This document shows, in pieces, positions 17,277-27,318 of a stretch of DNA of 64,000 nucleotides. The translations under genes were made by a program, and so were the position numbers. The DNA is from Candidatus Woesearchaeota archaeon. GTDB lineage: Archaea; Nanobdellota; Nanobdellia; Pacearchaeales; GW2011-AR1. The stretch is taken from the NCBI GenBank assembly GCA_964621025.1, contig CAZUKQ010000002.1:35292-99291 (forward strand), read 5' to 3'. Each line of letters begins with the position of its first letter. The stretch's first letter is position 1. Below the pieces are notes generated by a model. The model was not told the origin of the DNA. It did not search any database and saw nothing but the letters and a program-made list of their open reading frames with translations.

Positions 17277-19145
17277 TTAATAGACTAATTCAAAATCTCC
17301 GAAAGATTTTTTCAAGATTTCTAATGCTTTTAGGTCAATTTTAGATTCATTTTTCTTTTCGGCAAGTCTTTTTTGCAGTTCTTCAGCATTTGAGTCTACT
17401 ATTTTCCCTTCTAAAATCTTAGTTATTTTGTCTCCTTCAACTACAAATGTGTTTCCTAAAAAGAATACTTCTGCAGATTTCTTATTTCCTTTAATTATGA
17501 ATCTTGTTCGGTCCATTGACATGAAATCGCATCTTTGATTATATTCTACAAGTGCGTTGATAACTTCCATTCCGCTTCTTCTTGCTTTTTCAACTTCGTT
17601 TATCTCTTTTCCAGTCAACAAATCTTTTTTCTTTTCTTTTTTAGCTTCGTTCTTTTCAGATTTTAATTCGTCCTTTACTCTGATAAGAACTTTTAGGTTT
17701 TCAAGATATTTTCTCGGGAATTTTCCAGTTTTAATCATCTTATTTTCAAATTCCTTAACAACATCTGCTTCTTTTTCTTTTTTCAACATAGGTCTTAACA
17801 TTCCCAAAACGTCTTCATATATTTGTGAAATACTTTTTTCCTCAACTCTTTTTTCAATTTGTTTTCTCAGATCTTTTAGTCTAGTGTAATAATCAATAGA
17901 GTCTTTTACTAATCTATCTAATTCTTGTCCCGAAACTTTCTTGATTTTTCCGTGTTCGAATCCTTTGTAGTATTTTATAACAACTTCTTCGAGAATATCT
18001 GCGTATTTTGCTTCTACAAGTTTCTCTTTTTCTACGAAAATTTCTCTAAAGGCTTTTACAGTTTCTTTAGGAGTTGAAGGTGTTAGCCCGTAAATCATAA
18101 GTAGACCTTGTGTTGGTGTTGAAATTCCCCAATATAAATCATGAAGAACTACATCCATTAATTTTCTTTCGACCATTTCGCCCATTTTATCGCCTGAGGA
18201 CATGAACATATCAATTGCTTCAGGTGTTGGTTTGATTTTTCCTCTTCTCAATAAAGATTTCCAAGGTAGGAAAACTGCTCTGTCGTAAAGTGGAACACCG
18301 TCTCTTAGAAAAGTGAAAGCTACAGGTTCTGCGTCTCTCAATCTTTCCCAGAATTCTGTTAACAATGCAACTTGAACGTTTAGAACATTTCCAACGCCAG
18401 CCATTGCAGTTGCTTCTGCAATATAACTGTAAATTATTGAACGTAACTTTTCTCTGATTTCTGCACCGGACATTCTTTTTACATCAGTATCATCGATTAT
18501 TACGAAAACATCTACATCTGAAGTTTTTTTTGCTTCGCCTCTAACTAGAGAACCTGCAATAATATAGGAAGTTACGTATTTTTCGAATTTTTTTAAGACT
18601 AAAGTTCTGTGAATCATTGAAACTCTTAGAGCACCAAGCAATCCTTTGTCGAAAAGAGGGAAAGACATTGCTATCGCTTCCATTACATCGAATTTGCTAT
18701 CTAAACCTAGGTTCCAAACATCAACTGGAGTCATTATATGTGTCCAGATTTTGTCGTTGTATTTCTTTGCTGTTTTGATAACTTCTGCTTTTATCTTTGC
18801 TAAGTTTTTGAATTGGTTTTCTGGAAGAACTAAAATAATGTGGATAAGTTTTTTGTCTGCTGCTTCTTTTGCAATTTCATATTCTTCTTCTATTTTTTGA
18901 TTTGCTTGTGCAGGAATTATCCCTATAGATTCAATAAATTTGTATTTTGTTTTGATTTCCTTCGTGAATTTGTCAATGTCTTGCTTTGTTTTGTCTGCTT
19001 CTTTCTTCATTTTTTCTTCTAGAGAGCTTTGAATAGTGTTTGCAATTGGAAGATCGCCCAGTTTTCCTTTAGGAACATATCCGCTAGAAAGGTTTTTTTC
19101 AACAGAAGCATTTTCAGTCTTTATTCTAGAACTTGGTTCAGCCAT
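17277..19145 (-). CDS. large Pol-beta-superfamily nucleotidyltransferase-domain protein (unknown specificity)
   Basis: Catalytic signature GSLVRGEAKKTSDVDVFVIIDD (hG[GS]...D.D), flanked by a Lys/Glu-rich coiled-coil N-terminus and a long helical C-terminus. Does not follow the archaeal CCA-adding enzyme pattern. Confidence 0.5.
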   Translation of the reverse strand: MAEPSSRIKTENASVEKNLSSGYVPKGKLGDLPIANTIQSSLEEKMKKEADKTKQDIDKFTKEIKTKYKFIESIGIIPAQANQKIEEEYEIAKEAADKKLIHIILVLPENQFKNLAKIKAEVIKTAKKYNDKIWTHIMTPVDVWNLGLDSKFDVMEAIAMSFPLFDKGLLGALRVSMIHRTLVLKKFEKYVTSYIIAGSLVRGEAKKTSDVDVFVIIDDTDVKRMSGAEIREKLRSIIYSYIAEATAMAGVGNVLNVQVALLTEFWERLRDAEPVAFTFLRDGVPLYDRAVFLPWKSLLRRGKIKPTPEAIDMFMSSGDKMGEMVERKLMDVVLHDLYWGISTPTQGLLMIYGLTPSTPKETVKAFREIFVEKEKLVEAKYADILEEVVIKYYKGFEHGKIKKVSGQELDRLVKDSIDYYTRLKDLRKQIEKRVEEKSISQIYEDVLGMLRPMLKKEKEADVVKEFENKMIKTGKFPRKYLENLKVLIRVKDELKSEKNEAKKEKKKDLLTGKEINEVEKARRSGMEVINALVEYNQRCDFMSMDRTRFIIKGNKKSAEVFFLGNTFVVEGDKITKILEGKIVDSNAEELQKRLAEKKNESKIDLKALEILKKSFGDFELVY

Positions 19146-19259
19146 GATTTTATTTGAGTTTTTAGATATATAAATGTTATTACTTAATTCTAGTAGGGAT
19201 TTCTTTAGATTATGTTAGACCACACAAATCCTTAAATAATAACTCTCTTAAAAGAATAG

Positions 19260-19466
19260 ATGAGATACATACTTCATGGAAGCAATGATGCAGATACTGA
19301 TAACGCGATGAAACTTTTGGACAAAGCAGAGATTCCTTACAGACTAGAAATGGACAAAACAGAAATTGTTACTTTAGTAGGATTTGGTGGAAGATACACA
19401 GGTTTACTTCAGATTCATCAGGCATTTGGTAGTGGTTCTTTAGAAGATTTAACTATAGCTGCTTAA
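19260..19466 (+). CDS. small hypothetical protein
   Basis: 68-aa ORF upstream of tRNA-Val. Weak support. Confidence 0.25.
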   Translation: MRYILHGSNDADTDNAMKLLDKAEIPYRLEMDKTEIVTLVGFGGRYTGLLQIHQAFGSGSLEDLTIAA

Positions 19467-19513
19467 TTCTATTTTTACTCAATAAGAAAACTTTAAAAGC
19501 CTTCCAGAACTAT

Positions 19514-19586
19514 AAAATTTATCGATCCCGTGGTCTAGTGGTTACGACGTCTCGTTTACACCGAGAAGATCACCGGTTCAATTCCG
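19514..19586 (+). tRNA. tRNA-Val (anticodon TAC)
   Basis: Cloverleaf folded by hand: acceptor GATCCCG/CGGGATC, anticodon stem TCTCG/CGAGA with loop TTTACAC, T-arm ACCGG-TTCAATT-CCGGT, discriminator A. No encoded CCA. Confidence 0.85.
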
Positions 19587-19620
19587 GTCGGGATCATTCG
19601 TAATTCTATTCAAATTTTTA

Positions 19621-20202
19621 TTAAGCAGCCAAAGTGAATAGGTTGTAAGCGCCAGTGAATATCAATTCTATTGCTATTGCTGTCAAGAATAGGCCCAAGA
19701 TTTTAGAGCTGATTTTGATAACTTTAAGGTTTATTTTTCTGATGCTGTAGGAGAACAGGACAAAAACAATCCCTACTAGAATAAATGTTGGGATGATGTT
19801 TAAAAGAAGCGCAGTTTTTCCTATTTCTATAGATTTGATTATTATGAATGAAATTGTAGCCGGACCAGTTAAAAGAGGGGTTGCTAAAATAGAAATTAGG
19901 CTGTCAACTTTTCCAACTTTATCTTCTTTTTCTTTATCTCTAACGGTGTCTAGGCCAAGTAAAAGTAAACAAATACCTCCAGCAATTCTAAATGAATCGA
20001 TGGTTATTCCAAAAAAACCGAAAAGGCTTGAACCTATGAGGCAGATGATAATCGCAATAACGAATGCTAACAATGAAGCTTGAACTGCAATTTTTTTAAC
20101 ATTCATTTTGTTTTGATATGCAGTAAATAGAACTGGAAAAGACGAAAAAGGATTTATCAGCACAAACATTTGTACAATCAATGCAAGACTTATAATTTCC
20201 AT
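19621..20202 (-). CDS. marC: MarC-family integral membrane protein
   Basis: Six predicted helices. N-terminal LINPFSSFPVLF and GICLLLLGLD motifs typical of the MarC/UPF0056 family. Confidence 0.7.
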   Translation of the reverse strand: MEIISLALIVQMFVLINPFSSFPVLFTAYQNKMNVKKIAVQASLLAFVIAIIICLIGSSLFGFFGITIDSFRIAGGICLLLLGLDTVRDKEKEDKVGKVDSLISILATPLLTGPATISFIIIKSIEIGKTALLLNIIPTFILVGIVFVLFSYSIRKINLKVIKISSKILGLFLTAIAIELIFTGAYNLFTLAA

Positions 20203-20262
20203 TTGATTAAAAGGATAATCTATTTTTTAAATACTTCTGCTAGAGAAAATTAAATTAATTTC

Positions 20263-22176
20263 TTACTCTTTCTTTCTATTTCTTCTTACTTTGTATGCTG
20301 CGATTGCACCAGCTGCTCCAAGAATGTATGGCCAAGGTCCAAGATAGATTTGTTTCTTAAGAAGAGGATTGTTTTCTACAAATTGTCCTTTAAATTCAGA
20401 TTCAATTCCATACTTTTGAGCTAGGTCTTTTGCATAAGGTCTTTTTGTTGCGTTAAGTAATTTGACGATGTCGTATCTTGCAACCAAAGTAGATTCTTGA
20501 GTAAGGGCTCTGCTTAAATTTCCAACGTTCAAATCATTGAATAACATTATGTCACTTCTTTGGTCATTTATGAATCCCAAAACTGAATGTTGGCCAAATC
20601 CTCTATGGATTTGATCAGGCATCAAAGATTCCATATAGGCCCCATATTTGAAATATTGCTGTGAAGTTTTCATATCGCTTTCTGATGGAGCCATAAATGA
20701 ATAGTTTGCTGTTAGTGTGAGGTCTGTTTCTGGTTTTATTCCCCTTGCAAGTTTTTCTAGTTCGACTATTTCGTCGTGTGTAGGTTTACATAAAACTTTT
20801 CCAATAAGTTCTTTTTTCTTGTCTATTTTTCCGTTGCCGTTCAGGTCAAGATAATAACTGTAAATTACGTCGCTACCATAACTCAGGAAGAAATCTCTTA
20901 TTTCTATTCTAGCTATTTCTCCGAATTTGTCTTCTAAAGAGTAACCGCCGTTGTTGTATTTATCGAATAAATAATTTGCATCTTTTCCCTTTCCAAGTTT
21001 AAATGATTTAATAATTGGCCAAGAACCTGGAAAAAGGTCCCATTCATTTTCAACTCTTAGAATGTTTGATTTGTCTCTGTTAACTCCAAGCCACTGACTA
21101 AATCTTTGTAGATTACTTGGATCTTCTCCAAGATAAATTGTACTTTCTTGAGGTAATATTTTTAGAACACCATCTTCAAAAGTGGAGTAGATTGGTTGTT
21201 TTTTCATTTGACTAGTTAAATCAACCATTTTATTAGCTAATTTTTCTCTAACTTTTTCATTAACTGAGCTTGAACTGTTAATTGCTTTTACTGTTTTGAA
21301 GAATTCATCTGCTAAAACTTTGTTTTCAGGAGTTTCAAGAAAATCTTCTAGCAATGTTCCTTCTCTGTAAAAGTCTCCAAATAAAAATCCAAATACTCCT
21401 CTTTTTTCAGCTAGACGGTTAACCATTACTCTTTTGTCTAGTTTACCTCGGTGATCTGTTTCAATAATCCCTAGTTCGTTTGGACCAAGAGTTCCATCAG
21501 TAGGAAATTCTACAACGTCTATGTCAACTTGTCTTGTTCCTCTTTCCGGATCATGTTTGTATACCATGTATTTGTTTGCACCTTTTGTAGATGTACCATC
21601 TTCATCTACGATTAATTCTGCAAATTGTTCTTTGAAATTTATGCTTCCACCGATACTCAATCCTGCCTGAAATCTTTCTGGTTTTTGATCGGTAGCAGCA
21701 ATTCTTCTCTGTTGAGTGTTGAACATTTTGTAATATTCTATATCTCCTCTTGTTTCTCGAATAGTTTCTGTAATGAAAGTTCCAACTTTACTTTCTACTC
21801 CTCCGCCTTCCTGTACTTGTGTTATTGATTCTCTGTCGGCTTTTTCTGCAGCTTTCTTCTCTTTATTTCCTGCGACGTAAACTGTATGAGATGTTCGGTA
21901 GGTGACATTTCTTTCAGCAACATTCTGTCTTTTTGTTAAATAATCATAACTTAACCAGGCTACTCCCAAACCCAATGCTACTGCACCAATTTTAAGATAA
22001 GGTCCGAGATGCTCGCTGCTTTCTTTTTTTAGAGTTTCAAATCCTCCTTTTAGTTTATCTGCGAGTGTCTTTTTTTGTGGAGCTCCAGCTAAATTTTCTC
22101 CAGTTGGTTCAACTGAAGGTCTATTTGACATTCCTTCTTTCAGTCTTGCGATTCTTTCGCTGTTATCTTCTACCAT
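20263..22176 (-). CDS. hypothetical 637-aa protein with N- and C-terminal TM anchors (island gene 6)
   Basis: TM helices near residues 60-80 (IGAVALGLGVAWL) and 610-630 (GPWPYILGAAGAIAAY) with a large intervening domain. Gln/Arg/Gly/Thr-rich composition unlike the neighbouring genes. No known motif. Confidence 0.5.
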   Translation of the reverse strand: MVEDNSERIARLKEGMSNRPSVEPTGENLAGAPQKKTLADKLKGGFETLKKESSEHLGPYLKIGAVALGLGVAWLSYDYLTKRQNVAERNVTYRTSHTVYVAGNKEKKAAEKADRESITQVQEGGGVESKVGTFITETIRETRGDIEYYKMFNTQQRRIAATDQKPERFQAGLSIGGSINFKEQFAELIVDEDGTSTKGANKYMVYKHDPERGTRQVDIDVVEFPTDGTLGPNELGIIETDHRGKLDKRVMVNRLAEKRGVFGFLFGDFYREGTLLEDFLETPENKVLADEFFKTVKAINSSSSVNEKVREKLANKMVDLTSQMKKQPIYSTFEDGVLKILPQESTIYLGEDPSNLQRFSQWLGVNRDKSNILRVENEWDLFPGSWPIIKSFKLGKGKDANYLFDKYNNGGYSLEDKFGEIARIEIRDFFLSYGSDVIYSYYLDLNGNGKIDKKKELIGKVLCKPTHDEIVELEKLARGIKPETDLTLTANYSFMAPSESDMKTSQQYFKYGAYMESLMPDQIHRGFGQHSVLGFINDQRSDIMLFNDLNVGNLSRALTQESTLVARYDIVKLLNATKRPYAKDLAQKYGIESEFKGQFVENNPLLKKQIYLGPWPYILGAAGAIAAYKVRRNRKKE

Positions 22177-22182
22177 GCTACT

Positions 22183-23067
22183 TTATTTACGTCCTAAAAC
22201 ATTTTTCTCGAAGTCGTCTAGTTCTTGTTTTCTTTTTGCCTTAGCATCGTCTAGTTTCTTCTGAGCAGCTTGTTCTTTGGATCTTCTTTTGTCAATAAGA
22301 CCTTGTCTTATTGATTCTATTCCAGTTCCAATAGCACTAGTTACGCCTACAGTAGCCTTACCAGCTTTTTCTCCAATAGCCGCGCCAATTTCTCCAGCAG
22401 ACAAATCTTTTTTCATTTCATTCTGTTCTGGACTCTTAGCTAGTTCTAGATTAGCTGTAGCTGAATAAGTTCTAACAACTTCTAAAAGTTTTCCGTCCTT
22501 TGTTAGTTGTTTAAGAATGTTATTCACTTCAGTTTCTTCTTTGGATCTTCGGATATAATCTTTTGTTTTAAGCATTCCTTTTCCAAATTGCAATCCTAAG
22601 AACAATCCTGCTGCTTGTGCAGGTGTGTACAAAAGTGCGTTAATTGGATTCCCTACTCCTGTCGCAATACTTGAAGCAGTCACAATTCCGTCGCCTACAA
22701 GTTCTATACCGAAAGCAGTTCCTAATTGAGCACGAGCACTTAAAGTGTTTAGTCTCTCATATGGTTTCAATCTTCCAAGTCTTTCTGTAAGTCTTTCTGT
22801 TCTAGATGTATTTTGTGTTGTTACAGTTTCACCATAACTTCTAAAATATTCTCTTGCAGTCATTACGTTTTTCAAATAGTCTTGAGAACTTGTTTCTTCT
22901 GAATGTTGTACTAGATATTCTAGTGCTTCAGCTTGTCCAAGTTTTTTTGCAATTCGTGTGTCTGCATTTCTTCTTGCGTTTTCAGAATAGTGTCTGTCTG
23001 TTAAAGACAAAGCTAGTCCGCCGACAAAATGTCCAGCAAAGTTTAAACCCATTTCTTGTAATGTCAT
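22183..23067 (-). CDS. hypothetical 294-aa protein with Gly/Ala-rich segments (island gene 5)
   Basis: Contains GVGNPINALLYTPAQAAGLFLGLQFGKG and SAGEIGAAIGEKAGKATVGVTSAIGTGIES. The C-terminus is charged and coiled-coil. No known motif. Confidence 0.5.
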   Translation of the reverse strand: MTLQEMGLNFAGHFVGGLALSLTDRHYSENARRNADTRIAKKLGQAEALEYLVQHSEETSSQDYLKNVMTAREYFRSYGETVTTQNTSRTERLTERLGRLKPYERLNTLSARAQLGTAFGIELVGDGIVTASSIATGVGNPINALLYTPAQAAGLFLGLQFGKGMLKTKDYIRRSKEETEVNNILKQLTKDGKLLEVVRTYSATANLELAKSPEQNEMKKDLSAGEIGAAIGEKAGKATVGVTSAIGTGIESIRQGLIDKRRSKEQAAQKKLDDAKAKRKQELDDFEKNVLGRK

Positions 23068-24359
23068 TTTTTACCTCCTTGTTGATTTAGTTGATTTTCA
23101 AGTAAAACACGAGCAACATGTCTTTTTCGGTTTAGGGGCATCGAAGGGAATTCTCTTCTTAATTTGCTTCTGTTGTATTCATACATTCTGATAACATCTG
23201 TAGGGTCTATTTCTGCAAGTAGGTGATTGATTACTTCTGGTTTAGATACAGGTTCAGAAAGTTTTAACATTGTTTCGTAACATAATTCATCGGCTTCTAC
23301 TAATTCTTTAATTTTTATACTAGAACTTCCTAAAACTTTTCTCACCTTACTCATCTCAGTCCAAGTAGGTGATAATTCTGAGGAGTGAGCTGTTACTTCT
23401 CTTTTTCTAGCAGTGTCATCTAAGTCTGCTAAATCAATTCCAGCAGTGAGAAGAGTTTCATCTTCCATTTCTTGTAATCTTCTACCCACTAAATCCGGAT
23501 TAAATTGTAGGAATTTGTATTTATGTAATGTTTTGATTAATTCTGTGTCGTGTAAGTCAGAAGTTAATATTTCAGAACTCAAATCTTTCGGTTGGCCTTG
23601 ATGATGGGAAATAAAAATTCCTGCAAGGTCGTCTTTATTTTTGAAATTTCTCAAACAGTAAGCTCCTTTAAAAAATTCAGCATAGAAACAGTGAACTTCT
23701 TTTGTTACAGGAAATACTTTTGAAATTGCTCTGTTTGTTGAACCACCTAATATGGCTGCTAATCCTTGAAGTTGTGAAATGTATTCGTCATCTAGTGCAT
23801 TGTGCACATTTAATTTTCCAAGCATCTGATCCAATCTTAAACAATTTTTTACAGTTCCTCTTGAAGTGTCCAAGTTTACTTCTACAGTTCTTAATTGAAG
23901 TAAATCATCTGCTGTTTGAAAAATATCTACGCCGTCTTCCATTTCACCGAATAAAGCTTCTGAGTGAGTGACATCTTCGATAGTATGCTTTGCTTGTCTA
24001 TAAACTTCGTCGAATAAACCATTTTCATAGGAAGTTTGAGGAAATACTAGAGGAGCATCTTTTTGGTCTGGAGAAACTACAATCATGTATCTATTAGCCG
24101 AACCAATGTTAAGATAGTTTTCTCCAAATTCTAAAAGTCTATGTGTCGGATTTTTTTCTTTTAAGTGTGCAGCAACTTCCGGACTTAATCCTCTTTTGTC
24201 TACTCTAAAAGAATCTAATGTACAGTCCCAACTGAAAGCTTCTTTCAAAACTGCGTTGTATCTTTTTGCAAGTTCTCCGTCGACAGTAAGGAGTCCTTGA
24301 TTGATTAAGCCAAGTTGTTCTAAATCAACATTTCTTTTTGATATTTTTATTTCTGCCAT
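23064..24359 (-). CDS. hypothetical 431-aa protein (island gene 4)
   Basis: Overlaps the downstream gene by 4 nt, suggesting translational coupling. No recognisable motif. Confidence 0.5.
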   Translation of the reverse strand: MAEIKISKRNVDLEQLGLINQGLLTVDGELAKRYNAVLKEAFSWDCTLDSFRVDKRGLSPEVAAHLKEKNPTHRLLEFGENYLNIGSANRYMIVVSPDQKDAPLVFPQTSYENGLFDEVYRQAKHTIEDVTHSEALFGEMEDGVDIFQTADDLLQLRTVEVNLDTSRGTVKNCLRLDQMLGKLNVHNALDDEYISQLQGLAAILGGSTNRAISKVFPVTKEVHCFYAEFFKGAYCLRNFKNKDDLAGIFISHHQGQPKDLSSEILTSDLHDTELIKTLHKYKFLQFNPDLVGRRLQEMEDETLLTAGIDLADLDDTARKREVTAHSSELSPTWTEMSKVRKVLGSSSIKIKELVEADELCYETMLKLSEPVSKPEVINHLLAEIDPTDVIRMYEYNRSKLRREFPSMPLNRKRHVARVLLENQLNQQGGKK

Positions 24360-24360
24360 T

Positions 24361-26223
24361 TTATTTTCCAGTTAGTCTTTTCATTGCCTCTTGATTTACT
24401 TGTGCTTGATGCATTACTTTCTTGACATCTGATTCAAATTTTTCTTGAGTGTACACGTCTTGGTTTTTTGCGTATCTTATAATTTCTCTAGCGATATCTT
24501 CTGCGGAAACTTTTTTAGATAAATCTCTTAGGATTCCGACTCTTTCTTCATATGGTTTAAAGAAAAATTCGTTTGGATTTTCAAACCAAGTTTCTGGAAT
24601 ATCATAATCGTTAATTCTTTTTTTGATTGCGTCAGAAACAGAATCAATAGGTCTTCCGGTAAATCGAGGGTTTAGTCCCTTGTAATAAACACAGAGTTCA
24701 CCAATATCTTTGAAGGTTTTTATTCCGCCTTTGAATCTTGAAAGTGCTTCGTTTACAAATTTTTCATCTTCTTTCGAGGTGATTTCAAAACCAGTTTGGC
24801 CTTTTCTCATTTCAAAAGGAGTGTATCCTTTGCCAAGTTCAACGTCGATGATACTCATTCCAGGTTTAAGCCAACTTCCAAGTTTGTTTCGTAATATGTC
24901 TGCATAGTCATACCATTCTTGAGGACCATCTACTTGATATTGTGAACCAAATCTCTGAAGTAACGCTGCGTCTAGAGAAGTAGGTGCGTTTGTAGCAGCC
25001 CACCATTGTACATTTCCTCTTTTTCTTTTACTCAAATCTGTTCCAGCCATTATCTGCATTAATCCATTCAAAATATCTTTATCTGCTCCACCATTGCTAC
25101 CGTCTCTGTCTCCTTCCATCAATAAGTCAATATCATCTATAACTCCAATGTTCAGTCTTGTTGGGTCAGCAGTTTCGTCGTCTGCAGCAGCCATCTTTGC
25201 AGCAGTTCCACCATACATTTTATCTTTAACTTTCGGATCTATCATTATTCTATGTAAGTTAAGTCCTTTGGCATTTTTTTCTTTCCAGAATTCAGCTGTT
25301 TGATCGCATCTAAGTTTTGCTCTTGTCCAACCAGCTAAGAATAAAGTAGACTTACCAGTTCCGGGAAGACCGACGTAAAGAACGCTCCAAGATAGCCCTC
25401 CAACTTCGCCAATAGGATTCTTTTTTAATATTGGATCGTAAAGTCCTAATCTGTCCATGTCTCTAAACATTTCTTTTTTAGCAAGAACATTTCCTGCAAC
25501 TTCATGAGGTTGAACTAATGTGAATTCTGTTTTAGAAGCAGTTTTTTCTTCAAGTTTGCTTTCAAAACCAGAGAGAGTAAATTCTCCCATAACATCGAAG
25601 TTAGTAGTACTTACCAAATCTACTAATCTTTTATTTAGATTAGGTTTTAATTCAAGCGCTTTACTTTTTAGGTGTTCAAAATATGGAATGGTTGATTGGA
25701 CTAGTTCTTGTCCGTTGTTTATTATACTTTTATCTTTTCTGTGTTTGGTAATTCCATAATATACTGCAAGAGTATTATTAAGGACTTCATTTTCTGTTTG
25801 ACTAAAATCTGGATTAAAGGTTTTTATAGGAAATTCCATTGGTTCACCCTGTAATATTTTACTAAGTCTGCTTTCAATGAAGGATGCTGCTCCGAACGTA
25901 GAATAAGCTCCCATGAAAGTTCTTTTTTCTTTGTCAGGAATTTCTCCATCTATTTTTTCCTGAATCATTCTTCTTTGAAGTTGTTCATATAATTCCCCGT
26001 ATAAAGAAAAGCCACTTCTTAGAGCGTCGGTTGTCCCAACTAATTCGTTATCTAATTTTAAACCTTTTATTAAGTCTGTCAAGCTTGGTCTATTTTGTGG
26101 GTCGATTCTAACACAATTCATTCTGCTATCTACATCTGCTCCTCGTTTTTCTAGTGCGTCTTTAGATATAGGTATTAAATTGCCGCTCATTTGTTTCCTC
26201 CGTTTATGCCATAAACTCTGCAA
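24361..26223 (-). CDS. AAA+ ATPase, classic clade with Vps4/spastin/katanin-like sensor/Arg-finger region (island gene 3)
   Basis: Walker A VLYVGLPGTGKST, Walker B IGVIDDIDLL, sensor-1/Arg finger WAATNAPTSLDAALLQRFG (compare ATN.P..LD.A..RRF of meiotic-clade AAA). About 270-aa N-terminal and 190-aa C-terminal regions are unassigned. Confidence 0.75.
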   Translation of the reverse strand: MQSLWHKRRKQMSGNLIPISKDALEKRGADVDSRMNCVRIDPQNRPSLTDLIKGLKLDNELVGTTDALRSGFSLYGELYEQLQRRMIQEKIDGEIPDKEKRTFMGAYSTFGAASFIESRLSKILQGEPMEFPIKTFNPDFSQTENEVLNNTLAVYYGITKHRKDKSIINNGQELVQSTIPYFEHLKSKALELKPNLNKRLVDLVSTTNFDVMGEFTLSGFESKLEEKTASKTEFTLVQPHEVAGNVLAKKEMFRDMDRLGLYDPILKKNPIGEVGGLSWSVLYVGLPGTGKSTLFLAGWTRAKLRCDQTAEFWKEKNAKGLNLHRIMIDPKVKDKMYGGTAAKMAAADDETADPTRLNIGVIDDIDLLMEGDRDGSNGGADKDILNGLMQIMAGTDLSKRKRGNVQWWAATNAPTSLDAALLQRFGSQYQVDGPQEWYDYADILRNKLGSWLKPGMSIIDVELGKGYTPFEMRKGQTGFEITSKEDEKFVNEALSRFKGGIKTFKDIGELCVYYKGLNPRFTGRPIDSVSDAIKKRINDYDIPETWFENPNEFFFKPYEERVGILRDLSKKVSAEDIAREIIRYAKNQDVYTQEKFESDVKKVMHQAQVNQEAMKRLTGK

Positions 26224-27302
26224 GGATTTCCATATTCGTTGTGGTCTCCTCTCAGATTTTGTTTTATTCTCGTCGGCACTATTAATCCTTCGTGCATTAG
26301 TTGAGCTTCAGAATAAATTTCATATTCCATAGGTCTTTGAGTTACAACTGCTTTGATGTGTTCTAAAGTATTTCTAAAAACTCTTCGTCTGATGTCTACA
26401 CTTAAGGCTAATTCAACTTTGAATTTCAAAGCAGATGGGTCTTGACATCCTTCGAAGGCTTTTATCATTTGTTCAGAATTAGAAGTAACCGAATCATAAA
26501 ATGGACCTAGAGTATATTTTCTAACTTCTTTAGGGTGTATTTCTTCTATGGACTGGTTTAATCTAGTAGCAAAACTTTTTAGTCCTTCAATTCCGCTTTT
26601 AGTTTGTTGAATAAAGTCTTCTAGTTTAGGATTTGGTGTTGCAGGTTTATCTCCTTCGGCATGTAATGCTGGGAAATTTTCATTTTGTGTAAACCACATT
26701 TTGTAAAATACAGGTACTGCCGGAGAAGATTGAAGACTACACCAGTCGATCGCATAAAATCTTTTTTGGTTATTTGTTCCTCGGAATTCTAGTTGACCAG
26801 GAACGACTCCTTCACCTGGAAGAGTTTTTGTTTCTAGCAATTTACTGTAGTAAAGATTTCTTTTAAGAAGAATTTGTTCATGTGCAATTGGTTCTCCAGC
26901 TTTAATTTTCCATTTCATAGTATTTAACAAAGCAGGTTGTGTTGGGAGTTGAGCTAAAACTTCTTGAGCTTGTTCTCTATCTTTGTCTAAATAATAAAAA
27001 TCTTTGAAAGTAGGAAAACCTGATTCGAAAGGAAGAATGGTTGGTTGAAAGTCAATTCTGTCTTCGCCTTCAGTAGCATGTTTCAGTCTTAAACAATCTA
27101 AGCTGTCTATCAGAAAGTCTAAACTAGGCGATAAAAAACTGTGATCAAATTGTTCGGTAGAAATTTCTCCAATTACTCCTTTGAATTCTGTAACTTTTTT
27201 TATTAGTCTGTTAAAATAAGGAACAGCTTGTGTAGAATCTAATCTTCTCAAACTATTAGCCGCTTCTCTTTCAAAATCTTTCAAACCCTCTGTAAGTTCC
27301 AT
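26187..27302 (-). CDS. hypothetical 371-aa protein (island gene 2)
   Basis: Its 3' end overlaps the AAA gene start by about 37 nt. No recognisable motif. Confidence 0.5.
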   Translation of the reverse strand: MELTEGLKDFEREAANSLRRLDSTQAVPYFNRLIKKVTEFKGVIGEISTEQFDHSFLSPSLDFLIDSLDCLRLKHATEGEDRIDFQPTILPFESGFPTFKDFYYLDKDREQAQEVLAQLPTQPALLNTMKWKIKAGEPIAHEQILLKRNLYYSKLLETKTLPGEGVVPGQLEFRGTNNQKRFYAIDWCSLQSSPAVPVFYKMWFTQNENFPALHAEGDKPATPNPKLEDFIQQTKSGIEGLKSFATRLNQSIEEIHPKEVRKYTLGPFYDSVTSNSEQMIKAFEGCQDPSALKFKVELALSVDIRRRVFRNTLEHIKAVVTQRPMEYEIYSEAQLMHEGLIVPTRIKQNLRGDHNEYGNPCRVYGINGGNK

Positions 27303-27318
27303 TTGATTTAATAAAGAA

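Noticed and set aside
19587-20262. Looked for partial tRNA copies or att-like direct repeats flanking the 20.2-28.6 kb cassette
   Set aside because: None was seen by eye at either boundary. No integrase or transposase gene lies in the window, so a mobile-element call is not supported.
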